64,000 nucleotides of DNA from an uncultured Solibacteraceae bacterium (GCA_963853855.1 CAWKYG010000039.1:6943-70942), one strand, 5' to 3'; positions 52,402-63,130 are shown, numbered from the stretch's first letter. Numbers and translations: made by a program. Notes: generated from the letters alone by a model not told the origin.

Positions 52402-54693
52402 TTATGGCCGGGAGGCTTGCTCGATGGCGGCACGCAATTCGTCTGGCGGGGTCAGGCCATCGAACCGTTTGACTTGCTTGCCGGTGCGGTCGATCACCAG
52501 CGTCACCGGCAGGGCATCGAGATTGTACTCCTTGGTGACCTCCGGGGAGCCGAGCGCCACCGGATAATCCATGGGATGCTTTTTCAGGAACGGGGCCACC
52601 AGGTCGGCGCCCTCTTCGTCCATGCCTACGCCGAGGACGGCCACGCCTTTCGCCGCGAAATCCTTGTGGATCTGGTTGAAGCTGGGGATCTCTTTGATGC
52701 ACGGTCCGCAGTAGGTGGCCCAGAAGTCGACGACCATCACTTTACCGGCGAAAGGTGCCGGGTCGAGCCGTCCGCCTTGCAGGCTGGTGAATTTGGAAAG
52801 GATTGAGGGTGAAGAGGGTGCGGCAGTTTTCTCAAGAAACGCTTGAAATTCTGCGGGGTCGTGCGTGAGGTGGTCGAAGGTGGCAACCACAGTCTCGTCC
52901 GGCTGGAGGATCACGTAATACGGCTGCGATACGGTCTTGTACTTGTCGGCTTCCAGCTTGGCATTGGCCTGGCTGGCGGCGTCGGTGCCGTCGGTGTACA
53001 GCTCCACCAGGACGAACTTGCCGAGCAGGGCGGAGATCTCCGGGCGGGAGAGGATGTTGGCGCGCATCCAGTGGCAGTTGGCGCAGGAATAGCCGGTGAA
53101 ATCCACGAACACCAGTTTGCCTTCGGCGCGCGCTTTGTCCAGCGCTGCGCGGTATTGGTCCTTCATCCAGACCAGGCCGGCGGCTTGCGACCCGCCGGGC
53201 GATGCGGCGCCCTCCGCGGCCGCTGGGACATAGGCTTCCAGGTCGCCGAGATTGCCGCCGAACATCCCCGGCAGCAGGCTGATCGCGAAGATCAGAAAGA
53301 CCAGGCCGGACAGCAGGCGGCCCAGCCCCATGTTCTCATCCGGCTTGATGCCTTCCAGGCGGACGAAGCCAAGCAGGTAGAGGCCCGCCATGGCGAAAAG
53401 AACGACCCAGGCGGCCAGGAAGCGGTCGCGGGTGAGGAAGCCCCATTGCAGCGTCGGCATCCAGGCTGGCGAGGTATTTCAGGCTGGCGGCCAGAATAAT
53501 GAAGCCCATCACGACCTTCACGCGCGCCAGCCAGCCTCCGCTGCGCGGCATGCGCTTCAGGTACGACGGAAACAGCGCCAGCAGGAAGAACGGCAGGGCC
53601 AGCCCGGCGGCGAAGGACATCATGCCAAGCAGCGGACGCAGGGTCTCTCCGCCTCCCACCGAAGCGGCCAGCAGGGTACCGACAAAGGGCCCCACACAGG
53701 CGAAGGAAGACAGCGAAAACGTCAGCCCCATCAGCAGCGTACCGCCGAATCCGCCCTTCTCAGAGGACTGGTTCAGCTTGGTCAGGATCGACGACGGAAC
53801 GGTGATTTCAAAGGCGCCGAGCAGGCTCAGGCCGAAGGCGATGAACAGAGCCGCGATGAACCCGTTGACCCAGGGGTTGCCGCCCAGGTTCTTGACCCCG
53901 GCGGGACCGAGCAACAGGGTGGTGAGCAGGCCGATTCCGGAGAAAAGAACAATGATTCCCAGGCAGAACACCACCGCCTGCATGACGCTGTCCCGCCGGC
54001 TGGACCGGACTGGCGGTTCAGGAAAAACGACATGGTGATGGGGATCATCGGAAACACGCAAGGCGTGAAGATGGAAGCGAGGCCAAAGCCAAAGGCCGTG
54101 AGAAGAAACAAACTCCACGCCTGAGATTGGGCGGGCGGCGGGGCGGTGCTTCCGGCCGAGGGTGCGGCGGGCGGCTTGGGCTCGCTATACCCGGCGGGGA
54201 TGACCAGGGAGGCGGCGGGCGCCGCGGGATCGACGGTCAGCTTGACGGCCTCGTTCCAATGGCCGGGGACGCACTGGGTGTCACTGCAGGTCTGGTAGCG
54301 CGCCGAGACAGGGATCTCCGCCGGCCCGGCGGGAGCGTCCTTGCGCAGGGTGAGCTCCAGCAGAAAGGCCACCTCATTTTCATAGGCTTCCGTTTCCGCG
54401 TTAGCCACGGGATCGAAGGCGCGCTTGACCGGAGGCTGGAGGAGGCGGAGCTTTTCGGCCGACGGGGCCTGGAAAGAAATCGGAATGCCTTCGGGAGAAG
54501 ATCCGGAGTAGAGATGCCAGCCGGGGTCGATTTTGACATCTACGCGCACCAGCGTCTTGCCGCCGGGAGCGACCGTGGCAGGGTCGGGTTGGGCGGTAAA
54601 CTGGGCGTGCTGCTGGGCCAGGGCGCAAGCCGAAAAAACAAACGCCAGGAGAATTGGCCGCGGATGAACGCGGATGAACGCAGATAGCTTCAC
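52402..54693 (-). CDS. DsbD-like thiol:disulfide interchange protein with an extra C-terminal TlpA-like thioredoxin domain (frameshifts near 54000 and 53455)
   Basis: GTG at 54693 with GAAGGAAG upstream. DsbD N-domain (ORF 53827..54693), CcdA-type TM core FTPCVFPMIPIT / SFACVGPFVG (53336..54118), then the FTGYSCANCHWM and DFWATYCGPCIKEIP thioredoxin folds (52402..53460). Confidence 0.7.
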
Positions 54694-54751
54694 GGCTTCC
54701 TTCTCACTTAGACTACCGCCAGGGCGTAGAGGTTCACCAATTGCCGGAAAT

Positions 54752-55753
54752 TTACCTCGCCCCGACTACCAGTTCCTCTTCGATCTGCTGATTTACCCGG
54801 CCCTCGGAAAATTCGGCCGCCACGCGAATGGCGTTGCGGATGGCGTTGGCGTTGGCGCGTCCATGGCTGATGATGCAGACGCCGCGGACACCCAACAGCG
54901 GGGCCCCTCCGTATTCGGAATAATCCAGGCGCTTCTGGAAATCCTGGAAGGCGGTGCGTGAAATGGCGTAGCCGATCTTGCCGCTGATGGTGGATTCCAG
55001 CGACTCTCGCAACAGCGTCTTCACCATGTCGCCGAGACCTTCGCTGACTTTCAGCGCCACGTTGCCGATGAAGCCGTCGCAGACAATCACGTCCACGTTA
55101 CCGCCGAACAGGTCGCGGCCTTCCACGTTGCCCAGGAAGTTCAGGTTCAGGCCCGAGATCAACTCTTTGGCGGCGCGCGTGAGGTCGTTGCCCTTATGGT
55201 CTTCCTCCCCGATAGAGAGGATGCCCACGCGGGGCTTGGGGCGGCGCAGAATGATCCGCGAGTAGATCTCGCCCATCACCGCGAACTGCGACAACTGGCG
55301 GGGAGAGCAATCCACGTTGGCTCCCACGTCCACCAGCACCACCGGCGAACCTTTCACAGTGGGGAAAACCGCGGCCAGCGCGGGACGGGACACTCCGGGT
55401 ATGACACCCTGAACGATCTTGGCTGTGGCCATGACCGCCCCGGTGTTACCAGCCGATACCAGGCCCTGCGCCTTGCCATCGCGCACCAGCCGGGACGCCA
55501 CCTTCAGGGAGCTATCCTTCTTAGTGCGGACCGCATCCGTGCTGTCATCCATGGTGATGACCTGCTCGGCGTGGACGATCTCGATGGGCAGATCCGCGTG
55601 GTCCTCGTACTTTTGGAGCTCCTGCCGGACCAGATTACTCCGGCCCACCAAGATGACCTTTACGCCCAGACTTCTGGCGGCCTGAACAGCGCCCTGAACT
55701 TCGCTTTGTGGGGCGTGATCACCGCCCATTGCATCCAACGCAATGGTCAGCAT
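54752..55753 (-). CDS. plsX: phosphate acyltransferase PlsX
   Basis: [19 protein letters not shown] and [12 protein letters not shown], in the conserved yceD-rpmF-plsX order. Confidence 0.9.
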   Translation of the reverse strand: MLTIALDAMGGDHAPQSEVQGAVQAARSLGVKVILVGRSNLVRQELQKYEDHADLPIEIVHAEQVITMDDSTDAVRTKKDSSLKVASRLVRDGKAQGLVSAGNTGAVMATAKIVQGVIPGVSRPALAAVFPTVKGSPVVLVDVGANVDCSPRQLSQFAVMGEIYSRIILRRPKPRVGILSIGEEDHKGNDLTRAAKELISGLNLNFLGNVEGRDLFGGNVDVIVCDGFIGNVALKVSEGLGDMVKTLLRESLESTISGKIGYAISRTAFQDFQKRLDYSEYGGAPLLGVRGVCIISHGRANANAIRNAIRVAAEFSEGRVNQQIEEELVVGAR

Positions 55754-55765
55754 GTTGGAACCGGC

Positions 55766-55948
55766 TTACTCCTCGGCGACTTCGACCACTTCGCGGCCCT
55801 TGTACTGCCCGCAGTGTGGACACACGCGGTGGGGTAGCTTGGGCTCATGACAGTTGGGGCACTCCGAGTGGCCAGGGGCCTTCAGGGCATCGTGCGCGCG
55901 ACGAGTGCTGGTGCGCTCTTTGGAGTGTCTACGTTTGGGATTCGGCAT
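55766..55948 (-). CDS. rpmF: 50S ribosomal protein L32
   Basis: [19 protein letters not shown]...CPNCHE...CPHCG; 60 aa. Confidence 0.9.
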   Translation of the reverse strand: MPNPKRRHSKERTSTRRAHDALKAPGHSECPNCHEPKLPHRVCPHCGQYKGREVVEVAEE

Positions 55949-55999
55949 ATCTCTACCTCTACAAATCTCGTCCGCGTATCGCGGGTGAAAAAACTAATG

Positions 56000-56527
56000 T
56001 TACTGAATCTCTAAGTTCCCGAGGGCTTTCCAGCGATCGCTCGGACTTGCCACTTTGCAATCGCATCCGGCCTCGTTCCGGTTTCTGCCACAAACGGGGC
56101 AGATCCCCTTGCAGCCTTCGCTGCAAACCCTCTGCATCGGCAAAACCAGCAGCACCTGTTCGCGGAGGATATCCTCCAGCTCCATGCCGCCGCCTTCGTA
56201 GAAACCGATCTCGGCTTCCCCTTCGTCGATGCCGACCTCTTCCTCTTTCGCAATGTCAGAGACAGGCCGGTAATACAAATCGAACGCGGCATCCAGAGGG
56301 AAGCGGGCAACTCCCAGGCAGCGGTCGCATTTGGCCGTCATTTCCACGGTGTACCGCCCCTCTACCCGAACCTCGCCCTCGGAATGCGCCAGCAACGCGG
56401 CTACACCGGTTGCCTTCAAGGGAGAACTTTGCTCGATCTCTTCACCTGAAAAATCAATCTGCCCCGGCTCGAAAGTCTCGTCGAAACGAATCTTCCGCAG
56501 CTCCATCTCTTTGACACTAAGGAACAT
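56000..56527 (-). CDS. yceD: YceD/DUF177-family protein
   Basis: CDRCL ... CSEGCKGICPVCGRNRN pattern, located upstream of rpmF. Confidence 0.8.
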   Translation of the reverse strand: MFLSVKEMELRKIRFDETFEPGQIDFSGEEIEQSSPLKATGVAALLAHSEGEVRVEGRYTVEMTAKCDRCLGVARFPLDAAFDLYYRPVSDIAKEEEVGIDEGEAEIGFYEGGGMELEDILREQVLLVLPMQRVCSEGCKGICPVCGRNRNEAGCDCKVASPSDRWKALGNLEIQ

Positions 56528-56593
56528 AAAAGGAAACTTGGACTGTCGGGCAGAACCACTACATTATAGCATTAGCGGAATCGACGGAGGCGT

Positions 56594-58645
56594 GTGTGGT
56601 ACCTTCAGGGCGTGCGGCCAAATATTTTGTTTGTTCTTGTTCTGTGCGTGCCATGCCTGGGGCAGGACCGCCCGCTCCAGGCGCTGCCGTATACGCCCAG
56701 CCTGGATCTTGCCTTTGTGAACCGGGGAGTGGACCCGTGCACCGATTTCTACAAGTATGCCTGCGGCAATTGGAATCACTTGAACCCGATTCCCCCCGAC
56801 CAGGCGCGCTGGAACGTCTACGCCAAGCTGACCGATGAGAACCAGCACTTCCTCTGGGGCATCCTGGAAGAAGCCGCCAAACCGCGAGAGGGCCGCAGCG
56901 AGTCCGAACAAAAGATCGGCGATTACTTCGCGGCATGCATGGACGAAGCTGCCATCGAAAAGGCCGGCGCTAAGCCGCTGCAAGGACGGCTGGACCAGAT
57001 CGCCGCACTCAAACGCCTGGCCGATCTGCCGGCGCTGGTGGCGCAACTCCACCTGGAGCTGGGCAACGATAACGTTGTGTTCCAGTTCGGCTCCTCGCAG
57101 GACTTCGCCAACTCCGACCAGGTTATCGCGTTCGCGCTGGCCGGCGGGCTCGGGCTGCCGGATCGCGACTACTACCTGAAGACGGACGCCAAGAGCATGG
57201 AAACGCGCGCACGATATGGCGAGCACATAGCGCGCATGTTCCGTCTGCTGGGCGAACCGCCGGTGACCGCGCGCGGGGACGCGCAGAAGGTGGTCGCCCT
57301 GGAGACCGCGCTGGCCACCGCATCGCTCAGCCGCGTGGACCGGCGCGACCCTTATAAGATGTTTCACAAAGTCACCCGCGCGGAATTCGTCAAACTGGCG
57401 CCCTCTTTCGATTGGGCGGCTTACTGGAAAGCCCTGGGCCTGGCCGCGCCCGGCGAGTTGAACGTCACCGAACCGGCGTTTTACCAGGCGCTCGATACCC
57501 AACTCCGCACGCGCCCGTTGGCGGATTGGAAAGCCTACCTCCGCTGGCACCTGGTGCATGCCGAAGCGCCCTACCTTTCCAGCGCGTTCGTGCAGGAGAA
57601 TTTCAATTTCTATCAGAAGCATCTGCGCGGAGTGACCGCCCTGGCGCCGCGCTGGAAGCGGTGCGTCCGCGGAGTGGATGAAGACTTGGGAGAAGCGCTG
57701 GGGCAGGTGTTCGTGGCCAAGACCTTCACCGCCGATACCAAGGAGCGCGCGCTGGCCATGGTGCGGCAGATCGAACAGGCGATGGAAACGGACCTGGAAC
57801 AGCTCTCCTGGATGGGCGACGAAACCAAGAAGCAGGCGCTGGTCAAACTGCACAGCATCGTCAACAAGATTGCCTATCCCGATCACTGGCGCGACTACAG
57901 TTCCGTCAGAATCGTCCGCGATGATTTTCTGGGCGACGTGGACCGGAGCATTCAGTTCGAAGCACGCCGCGAGTTAAATAAGATCGGCAAGCCGGTGGAC
58001 CGCTCCGAGTGGGGCATGACGCCGCCCACGGTCAACGCCTACTACGACTCGTCAATGAATGACATTAACTTTCCGGCCGGCGTATTACAGCCGCCGCTGT
58101 TCGATCCCAAAATGGACGATGCGCCGAATTACGGGAATACCGGCGCCACCATCGGCCACGAACTGACTCACGGGTTTGACGACGAAGGCCGTAAGTTCGA
58201 CGGCAAGGGCAATCTGCGCGACTGGTGGACTAAGAAGGATGGCGACGAGTTCGTGGAACGTGCCGCCTGTATCTCCAACCAGTATTCGCAATACACCGCG
58301 GTAGACGACATGAAAATCAACGGGAAGCTCACGCTGGGCGAAGATACCGCCGACCTGGGCGGGACCATTCTGGCGTTTATGGCCTGGAAGAATGCGACGC
58401 GGGGACAGAATCTGCAACCGGTGGATGGCTTCACTCCGGAGCAGCGATTCTTTATTGGCGCGGCGCAGTGGGCATGCGGCTACGAGCGGCCGGAGAGTAA
58501 GCGGTTACACGCCATCACGGATGAACATTCACCCGACGAATACCGCATCAATGGCGTGGTGAGTAACATGCCGGATTTTGCCAAAGCATTCTCCTGTAAG
58601 AAGGGAGACCCCATGGTGCGGGAGCAAGTCTGCCGGGTCTGGTGA
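56594..58645 (+). CDS. M13-family zinc metallopeptidase (PepO/neprilysin-like)
   Basis: 683-aa intact ORF with NAYY, GATIGHELTHGFDD (HExxH), GEDTADLGG and a C-terminal CRVW. Confidence 0.85.
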   Translation: MWYLQGVRPNILFVLVLCVPCLGQDRPLQALPYTPSLDLAFVNRGVDPCTDFYKYACGNWNHLNPIPPDQARWNVYAKLTDENQHFLWGILEEAAKPREGRSESEQKIGDYFAACMDEAAIEKAGAKPLQGRLDQIAALKRLADLPALVAQLHLELGNDNVVFQFGSSQDFANSDQVIAFALAGGLGLPDRDYYLKTDAKSMETRARYGEHIARMFRLLGEPPVTARGDAQKVVALETALATASLSRVDRRDPYKMFHKVTRAEFVKLAPSFDWAAYWKALGLAAPGELNVTEPAFYQALDTQLRTRPLADWKAYLRWHLVHAEAPYLSSAFVQENFNFYQKHLRGVTALAPRWKRCVRGVDEDLGEALGQVFVAKTFTADTKERALAMVRQIEQAMETDLEQLSWMGDETKKQALVKLHSIVNKIAYPDHWRDYSSVRIVRDDFLGDVDRSIQFEARRELNKIGKPVDRSEWGMTPPTVNAYYDSSMNDINFPAGVLQPPLFDPKMDDAPNYGNTGATIGHELTHGFDDEGRKFDGKGNLRDWWTKKDGDEFVERAACISNQYSQYTAVDDMKINGKLTLGEDTADLGGTILAFMAWKNATRGQNLQPVDGFTPEQRFFIGAAQWACGYERPESKRLHAITDEHSPDEYRINGVVSNMPDFAKAFSCKKGDPMVREQVCRVW

Positions 58646-58737
58646 TAACCTTTGGCAGGGCAATCGGGCCTGAGTCACTGTAACGTTTCGAACACATCGA
58701 CAATTGTTCGCCAGCTTACAATAGTGAGACCAGGATT

Positions 58738-61110
58738 GTGATGAGCCCCTCCCACCAACCGTCAGAGGCCCATTCGGTCATCGATAAGTACCGGCTGAGA
58801 TTCTCCGAAATTGCCGCCGCGGGCGGCGATGCTCTTTCCGAGGTGGAAGAGCGTTTTGCGGTGCTATCGAATGCGATCGGGGACGCGATCTGGGATTGCG
58901 ACCTGGACGCGCATACCGTCTGGTGGAACGACATCTACGAAAAGCTGTTCGGACCGCGCCCGCGCGAAGGAGTCTCGGTCGACTGGTGGATCGAGCGGAT
59001 TCATCCGGAGGACCGGGAACGCATCGTGGGCGGACTGGAAACGGCGCTTGCCGGAACGGTCAGCCATTTGGTTTCCGAATACCGCTTCCGGGTGGCCGAC
59101 GGGAATTACGCGCACCTTCGCGATCGCACCTTTATTGCCCGCCGCAAGGACGGCTCAGCCCGGCGGATCACTTCCGCCAAAACCGATCTCAGCGAACAGC
59201 GGCGCGTCGAAGCGCAATTGCAGGACGCCTCTTCCATTCTGCAGAGTTTTTACGACAGCGTGCCGATTTGCATGGGAGTGCTGGAGGTGCTGGAGCATGA
59301 TTTCGAAGTGCTCCATGCCAACCCTGCTTCCTGCAAAGTGCTGGGCGTGACTCCGGACAAGGTGCGAGGCTGCCGCCTGGCCGAACGCGGGATGCCGCCG
59401 GCCGTCCTGGCGGAGTGGTTCGCGCGGTACCGCGAAAGCAGCGCGACTGGGCAACCGGTGCGGTTCGAGTATTTCAGCGAGTTCAGCAGCCGCTGGTTCG
59501 CTTCCACAGTGTCGGCGGTGCGGCCCGGGGAATCGGGGCTTCCCCGCGTGGTCTATACGGCCGAGGATATCACGCACTACCGGCGCAGCCTGGAAGAGCA
59601 GCGGGGAAGCGAGGAGCGATTCCGGCGGCTGTACGAATCCAACATTATCGGGATTGTCTCCGGCGACGAAGAGCGGGTGATTGACGCCAACGACGTGTTC
59701 CTGCACATGGTCGGGTATACGCGCGCGGACCTGGCGGCGGGCCTGCTCCGCTGGTACGACATGACGGCGCCGGAGTTCCGGCACCTGGGTCCGCAGACGA
59801 TCGCCGATGTGAAATCGACCGGATCGTACGGCCCCTTCGAAAAAGAGTACCTGCGCAAGGACGGCAGCCGCGTCTCCGCGCTGATCGGCTGCATCCGCCT
59901 GCAGGATTCGCCCTATCGCGATCTCTGCTTCGTGCTCGACCTGACCGAAAGCAAGAAGCTGCAGCAGCGCGTGCTGGAAGCGCAAAAGTTCGAAAGCGTG
60001 GGTGTGCTGGCGGGCGGCATTGCGCACGACTTCAACAATCTGCTGGTGGGCATTATCGGTCATGCCAGCCTGGCGCAGGATCTGCTGCCGGGAAGTCACC
60101 CGGCGCGCGACTTGCTTTCGCACGTGGTGAAGAACGGCGAACAGGCCGCGCACCTCACGCGCCAGATGCTGGCCTATTCCGGCAAGGGACGGTTTCTGCT
60201 GGAACCGCTGAACCTCTCCGAGCTGTACGAAGAGATCAGCATCCTGGTTAAGCCGGCCATTTCCAAAGACATTGCCCTGGAGATGAATCTACCGCAGGAT
60301 TTGCCGCCGGTGGAGGGGGATCGCGGACAGATGCGGCAGGTATTCACCAACCTGGTCCTGAATGCCGCCGAATCCATTACTGCAAGGAGCGGACGAATCT
60401 GGGTGGAAACGGGGGTGCGCCGGATTGACGTGGTCCGTCCGGAGAGCCGGTGGGCCGCGGGGGACGCGCCTCCGGGAAGGTATGTCTACCTGGAAGTGAC
60501 CGACACCGGCTGCGGCATGGACGAAGGCACCCGGACGAAGATCTTCGATCCGTTTTACACCACCAAATTCGTAGGCCGGGGTCTGGGTCTGGCGGCGGTG
60601 GCGGGAATCGTTCGCGGACACAAAGGCGCCATCAGCGTCACCAGCACTCCGGGCCAGGGCAGCCGCTTCCTGGTGCTCTTTCCGGTCTCGCCGCACGGCC
60701 AGACAGTGGACGCGGTGGAGCGAGCGGGCGCGCAATCGGGCAAGCCCACGGTGCTGGTGGTGGACGACGAGATCATCGTGCGGCAGATGGCGCGCACGGT
60801 GCTCGAGCGTCATGGCTACGAGGTGATTCTCGCGGAGAACGGACCGCAGGCCATCGAGCTTTTCAAGCGTAATCCCATGGATTTCTCGCTGGTGGTGCTG
60901 GATCTGAGCATGCCGGGCATGAGCGGCGCGCAAACCCTACCCGAACTGCGGCGGCATCGTCCGGAAATACCGGTGCTGATCACCAGCGGGTACACCGAAT
61001 CGCAGGCCATGCACATTTTCGAAGGCCAGGAGGTTGCGGGCTTCCTGCAAAAGCCTTTCAGCTCGCAGCTTCTGGCGAATCGCATCGCCGCGACTCTGGA
61101 TCGCGTGTGA
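58738..61110 (+). CDS. PAS-domain hybrid sensor histidine kinase with C-terminal receiver
   Basis: Several PAS-like segments, H-box GGIAHDFNNLL, N/G boxes NLVLNAAE, DTGCGMD and GRGLGLAAV, and the receiver VLVVDDE...VLDLSMPGMSG...KPF. Confidence 0.85.
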   Translation: MMSPSHQPSEAHSVIDKYRLRFSEIAAAGGDALSEVEERFAVLSNAIGDAIWDCDLDAHTVWWNDIYEKLFGPRPREGVSVDWWIERIHPEDRERIVGGLETALAGTVSHLVSEYRFRVADGNYAHLRDRTFIARRKDGSARRITSAKTDLSEQRRVEAQLQDASSILQSFYDSVPICMGVLEVLEHDFEVLHANPASCKVLGVTPDKVRGCRLAERGMPPAVLAEWFARYRESSATGQPVRFEYFSEFSSRWFASTVSAVRPGESGLPRVVYTAEDITHYRRSLEEQRGSEERFRRLYESNIIGIVSGDEERVIDANDVFLHMVGYTRADLAAGLLRWYDMTAPEFRHLGPQTIADVKSTGSYGPFEKEYLRKDGSRVSALIGCIRLQDSPYRDLCFVLDLTESKKLQQRVLEAQKFESVGVLAGGIAHDFNNLLVGIIGHASLAQDLLPGSHPARDLLSHVVKNGEQAAHLTRQMLAYSGKGRFLLEPLNLSELYEEISILVKPAISKDIALEMNLPQDLPPVEGDRGQMRQVFTNLVLNAAESITARSGRIWVETGVRRIDVVRPESRWAAGDAPPGRYVYLEVTDTGCGMDEGTRTKIFDPFYTTKFVGRGLGLAAVAGIVRGHKGAISVTSTPGQGSRFLVLFPVSPHGQTVDAVERAGAQSGKPTVLVVDDEIIVRQMARTVLERHGYEVILAENGPQAIELFKRNPMDFSLVVLDLSMPGMSGAQTLPELRRHRPEIPVLITSGYTESQAMHIFEGQEVAGFLQKPFSSQLLANRIAATLDRV

Positions 61111-61244
61111 TGCCGCTGGTGTTTCTGCTGCTCCTGTTGGACTGGCAGGGCGGAACGGTGGCGGAATCGACGATCTCCGGAACCGCGGCTGATTCCATCA
61201 CGGGCGCGGCGCTCTCCAAAGTGCGGGTGGTAGCTATGGTTTGA
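61110..61244 (+). pseudogene. 5' fragment (44 codons) of a CarboxypepD_reg-type secreted protein gene, truncated at the island boundary
   Basis: The ATG at 61110 overlaps the kinase stop (TGATG). MPLVFLLLLLDWQGGTVAESTISGTAADSITGAALSKVRVVA matches the N-terminal pattern of the receptors in this window, then stops where the GC content drops. Confidence 0.55.
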
Positions 61245-62181
61245 TCCGAACGATCTCAGCAAGTAAAAGGTCGAGTGCTGGTCCGAAGCTCACCTGTTGT
61301 GGCGAAGGCAGTGTTTCTTGGCCCCGGATGTGGCCATGCAGATGAAGATCCGCAATCTTTCTGGCTGTGGCATCAAGATGTTGCATGACGTCCTTAAATG
61401 ACTTGGCGCCAGCATAATTGTTCGCAACTTCGGTGAATGTCTTCATACCAAACAGCGGCGGCACATGGTCGATAATGGCGCGAGTGAGCATTATCGTGGC
61501 GAGGTAGCAGCCATTGCCGTATGCGCTGTTGAGTTCTTCGCATAGACGGATCAGCTTTTTGAAATCGAATTTGTCCTGCTTGAGGGCGCGCAAGTCGTTT
61601 ATCCGAACTGCAGCGATCATACTTAATCCTTCGACTGGTACGGGTCGCTCTGGAAGGGTTTTGACAGTCGGCGATAGGGCGGATAGCAAGCCGTTTATGA
61701 CAGCGATGTTGAGGCTGTCCCCGCCCATCGTCCTTAAGCCGCCCGGAAAAAACACGCGTGAGACAAACAGCGAATTGATGCGGTCTTCATTGGCCTGAGC
61801 CCACTTGGATACGTTTATTCTGTGGGCAAGAGCTATCTGCGGATTGTGTCGTCCCCTGGCATAATTGTTTATAAGTAGCTGCCCGTCAGCGATAACATCT
61901 GTGATGAACTGTAGAGCGGTCTGGAGGGGTACATTCAGAGGCGGGAGCGGTTCATCTGGCCACATATTACCGGATACGATAACACGTCGCCAGCTTTCTG
62001 CTCGGCCCCGTTGCCGCTCCCTATTCACCGCTTCGGCCGCGCTCTGCGCGGTCATGAGCGAAATACCGGCCTGCGTTTTCGAGCTTTCGAACTGAGTTCG
62101 GCGAGCCGTTTCCCCGCTGGTCAAAGGTCCACTGAGCTTTCGTCCGGTCTCTCTGTTATTCACGGCGATGGCCGCGAGCAT
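61234..62181 (-). CDS. hypothetical protein with C-terminal helical Rx5H (HEPN/DUF4145-like) region; start uncertain
   Basis: 315-aa ORF in DNA of about 50 % GC. ELNSAYGNGCYLATIMLTRAIIDH ... ARKIADLHLHGH (RKIADLH encoded at 61342-61362). Confidence 0.5.
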   Translation of the reverse strand: MLAAIAVNNRETGRKLSGPLTSGETARRTQFESSKTQAGISLMTAQSAAEAVNRERQRGRAESWRRVIVSGNMWPDEPLPPLNVPLQTALQFITDVIADGQLLINNYARGRHNPQIALAHRINVSKWAQANEDRINSLFVSRVFFPGGLRTMGGDSLNIAVINGLLSALSPTVKTLPERPVPVEGLSMIAAVRINDLRALKQDKFDFKKLIRLCEELNSAYGNGCYLATIMLTRAIIDHVPPLFGMKTFTEVANNYAGAKSFKDVMQHLDATARKIADLHLHGHIRGQETLPSPQQVSFGPALDLLLAEIVRIKP

Positions 62182-62476
62182 CGGAGCGTTTGCTTTGGAA
62201 ACCGCTCGAACGCAGCGGCGCGGTAGTAGGGGAAGATGGTTTCTGATTGCGGCGGGAGCGGCCTCGATTACTTTCGCATTCTCCTTTATTGGCGTTGGCT
62301 TCTTCTTCCGTCTGGAACCGCAGATTTTCTTTATTTGGATGAGTTCTTATTTCGTCTTCTGCGCGGTCTTCATGCTGTGGCTCGCATTCCGCCTGCACAG
62401 TCGGGCTATTGGGCAAGCCGACCAGATGGAACCCTCGACCTTATCACCCCTGCCAAGCCCACGCCACGCCCATTAG
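62168..62476 (+). CDS. small membrane protein (2-3 TM), possibly an N-terminally truncated DUF308/HdeD-like protein
   Basis: 102 aa; WFLIAAGAASITFAFSFIGVGFFF and IFFIWMSSYFVFCAVFMLWLAF. Confidence 0.35.
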   Translation: MAASIGAFALETARTQRRGSRGRWFLIAAGAASITFAFSFIGVGFFFRLEPQIFFIWMSSYFVFCAVFMLWLAFRLHSRAIGQADQMEPSTLSPLPSPRHAH

Positions 62477-62489
62477 TCAGACACCCCCC

Positions 62490-63130
62490 GCGGAGCGGGT
62501 GGCTTGATGAGTTGGGCCGCCTCAAAGGCGGTCGGGCCATGGGTCTAGGCGTCGCGCATTGCGCGCCTTAATCTATCGCTTCAGAATTGTCCGTTACCAT
62601 CCGCGGCATCCTGCTCGCGGATGTATTGGCGCACCTACTCCAATTCGAACCCCACCGTGGACACCGCGTAGCCGCGTGCCCAGAAGTGCTCCCCCGAGAA
62701 GTTCCTCTCCTTTCCGCCGAGCCGTGCGATGGCAATCGCACTCTTCCCCTTCAAAAACCCAATTACTGAGGCAACTGGGTGCTTCGGCGGAATCGCGATG
62801 CACATGTGCACGTGGTCCGCCATCAAGTGTCCCTCCACGATCTGACATTCCTTCTGTTTCGCCAGCGCATGGAAAATCGGGCCCAGTTGGCGGCGGACGT
62901 TCCCGAAAATGGCTTTACGCCGCCGTTTGGGCACGAACACTACGTGATAGAACACTACGTGATACTTGCAGTCCCATTTGGAATGGGCTAGGCTCTGATA
63001 AACGTCTGACATAACATCCTCTCTTTGTGGTTCTCATCAAGCCACTTGGGGAGGATTTTACACTCGGAAACACTCCTGGATCGGTCAAACCTTTTCAAGT
63101 CTCACTGGTCGAACCAGTGGCTTACCAATT
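62490..63130 (-). mobile_element. probable IS200-type element (ends not defined)
   Basis: A solo tnpA with flanking hairpins: CACTGGT-cga-ACCAGTG around 63104-63120 upstream, and GCGCA-t-TGCGC around 62555-62565 downstream. Confidence 0.35.
62581..63012 (-). pseudogene. tnpA: IS200/IS605-family Y1 transposase TnpA with an in-frame TAG and a 15-bp internal tandem duplication
   Basis: HSKWDCKYHVVF(YHVVF)VPKRRRK, DHVHMCIAIPPK (HUH) and FWARGYAVSTVG. A stop codon at 62635-62637 is followed in frame by VRQYIREQDAADGNGQF, ending at the stop 62581-62583. Confidence 0.75.

Noticed and set aside
54661-54680. Perfect 10-bp tandem duplication CGGATGAACG x2 inside the first codons of the DsbD-like gene.
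   Set aside because: With both copies present the frame yields a normal signal peptide (RPILLAFVFSACALAQ). Removing one copy destroys it, so it is not a recent frameshifting lesion and is probably fortuitous.
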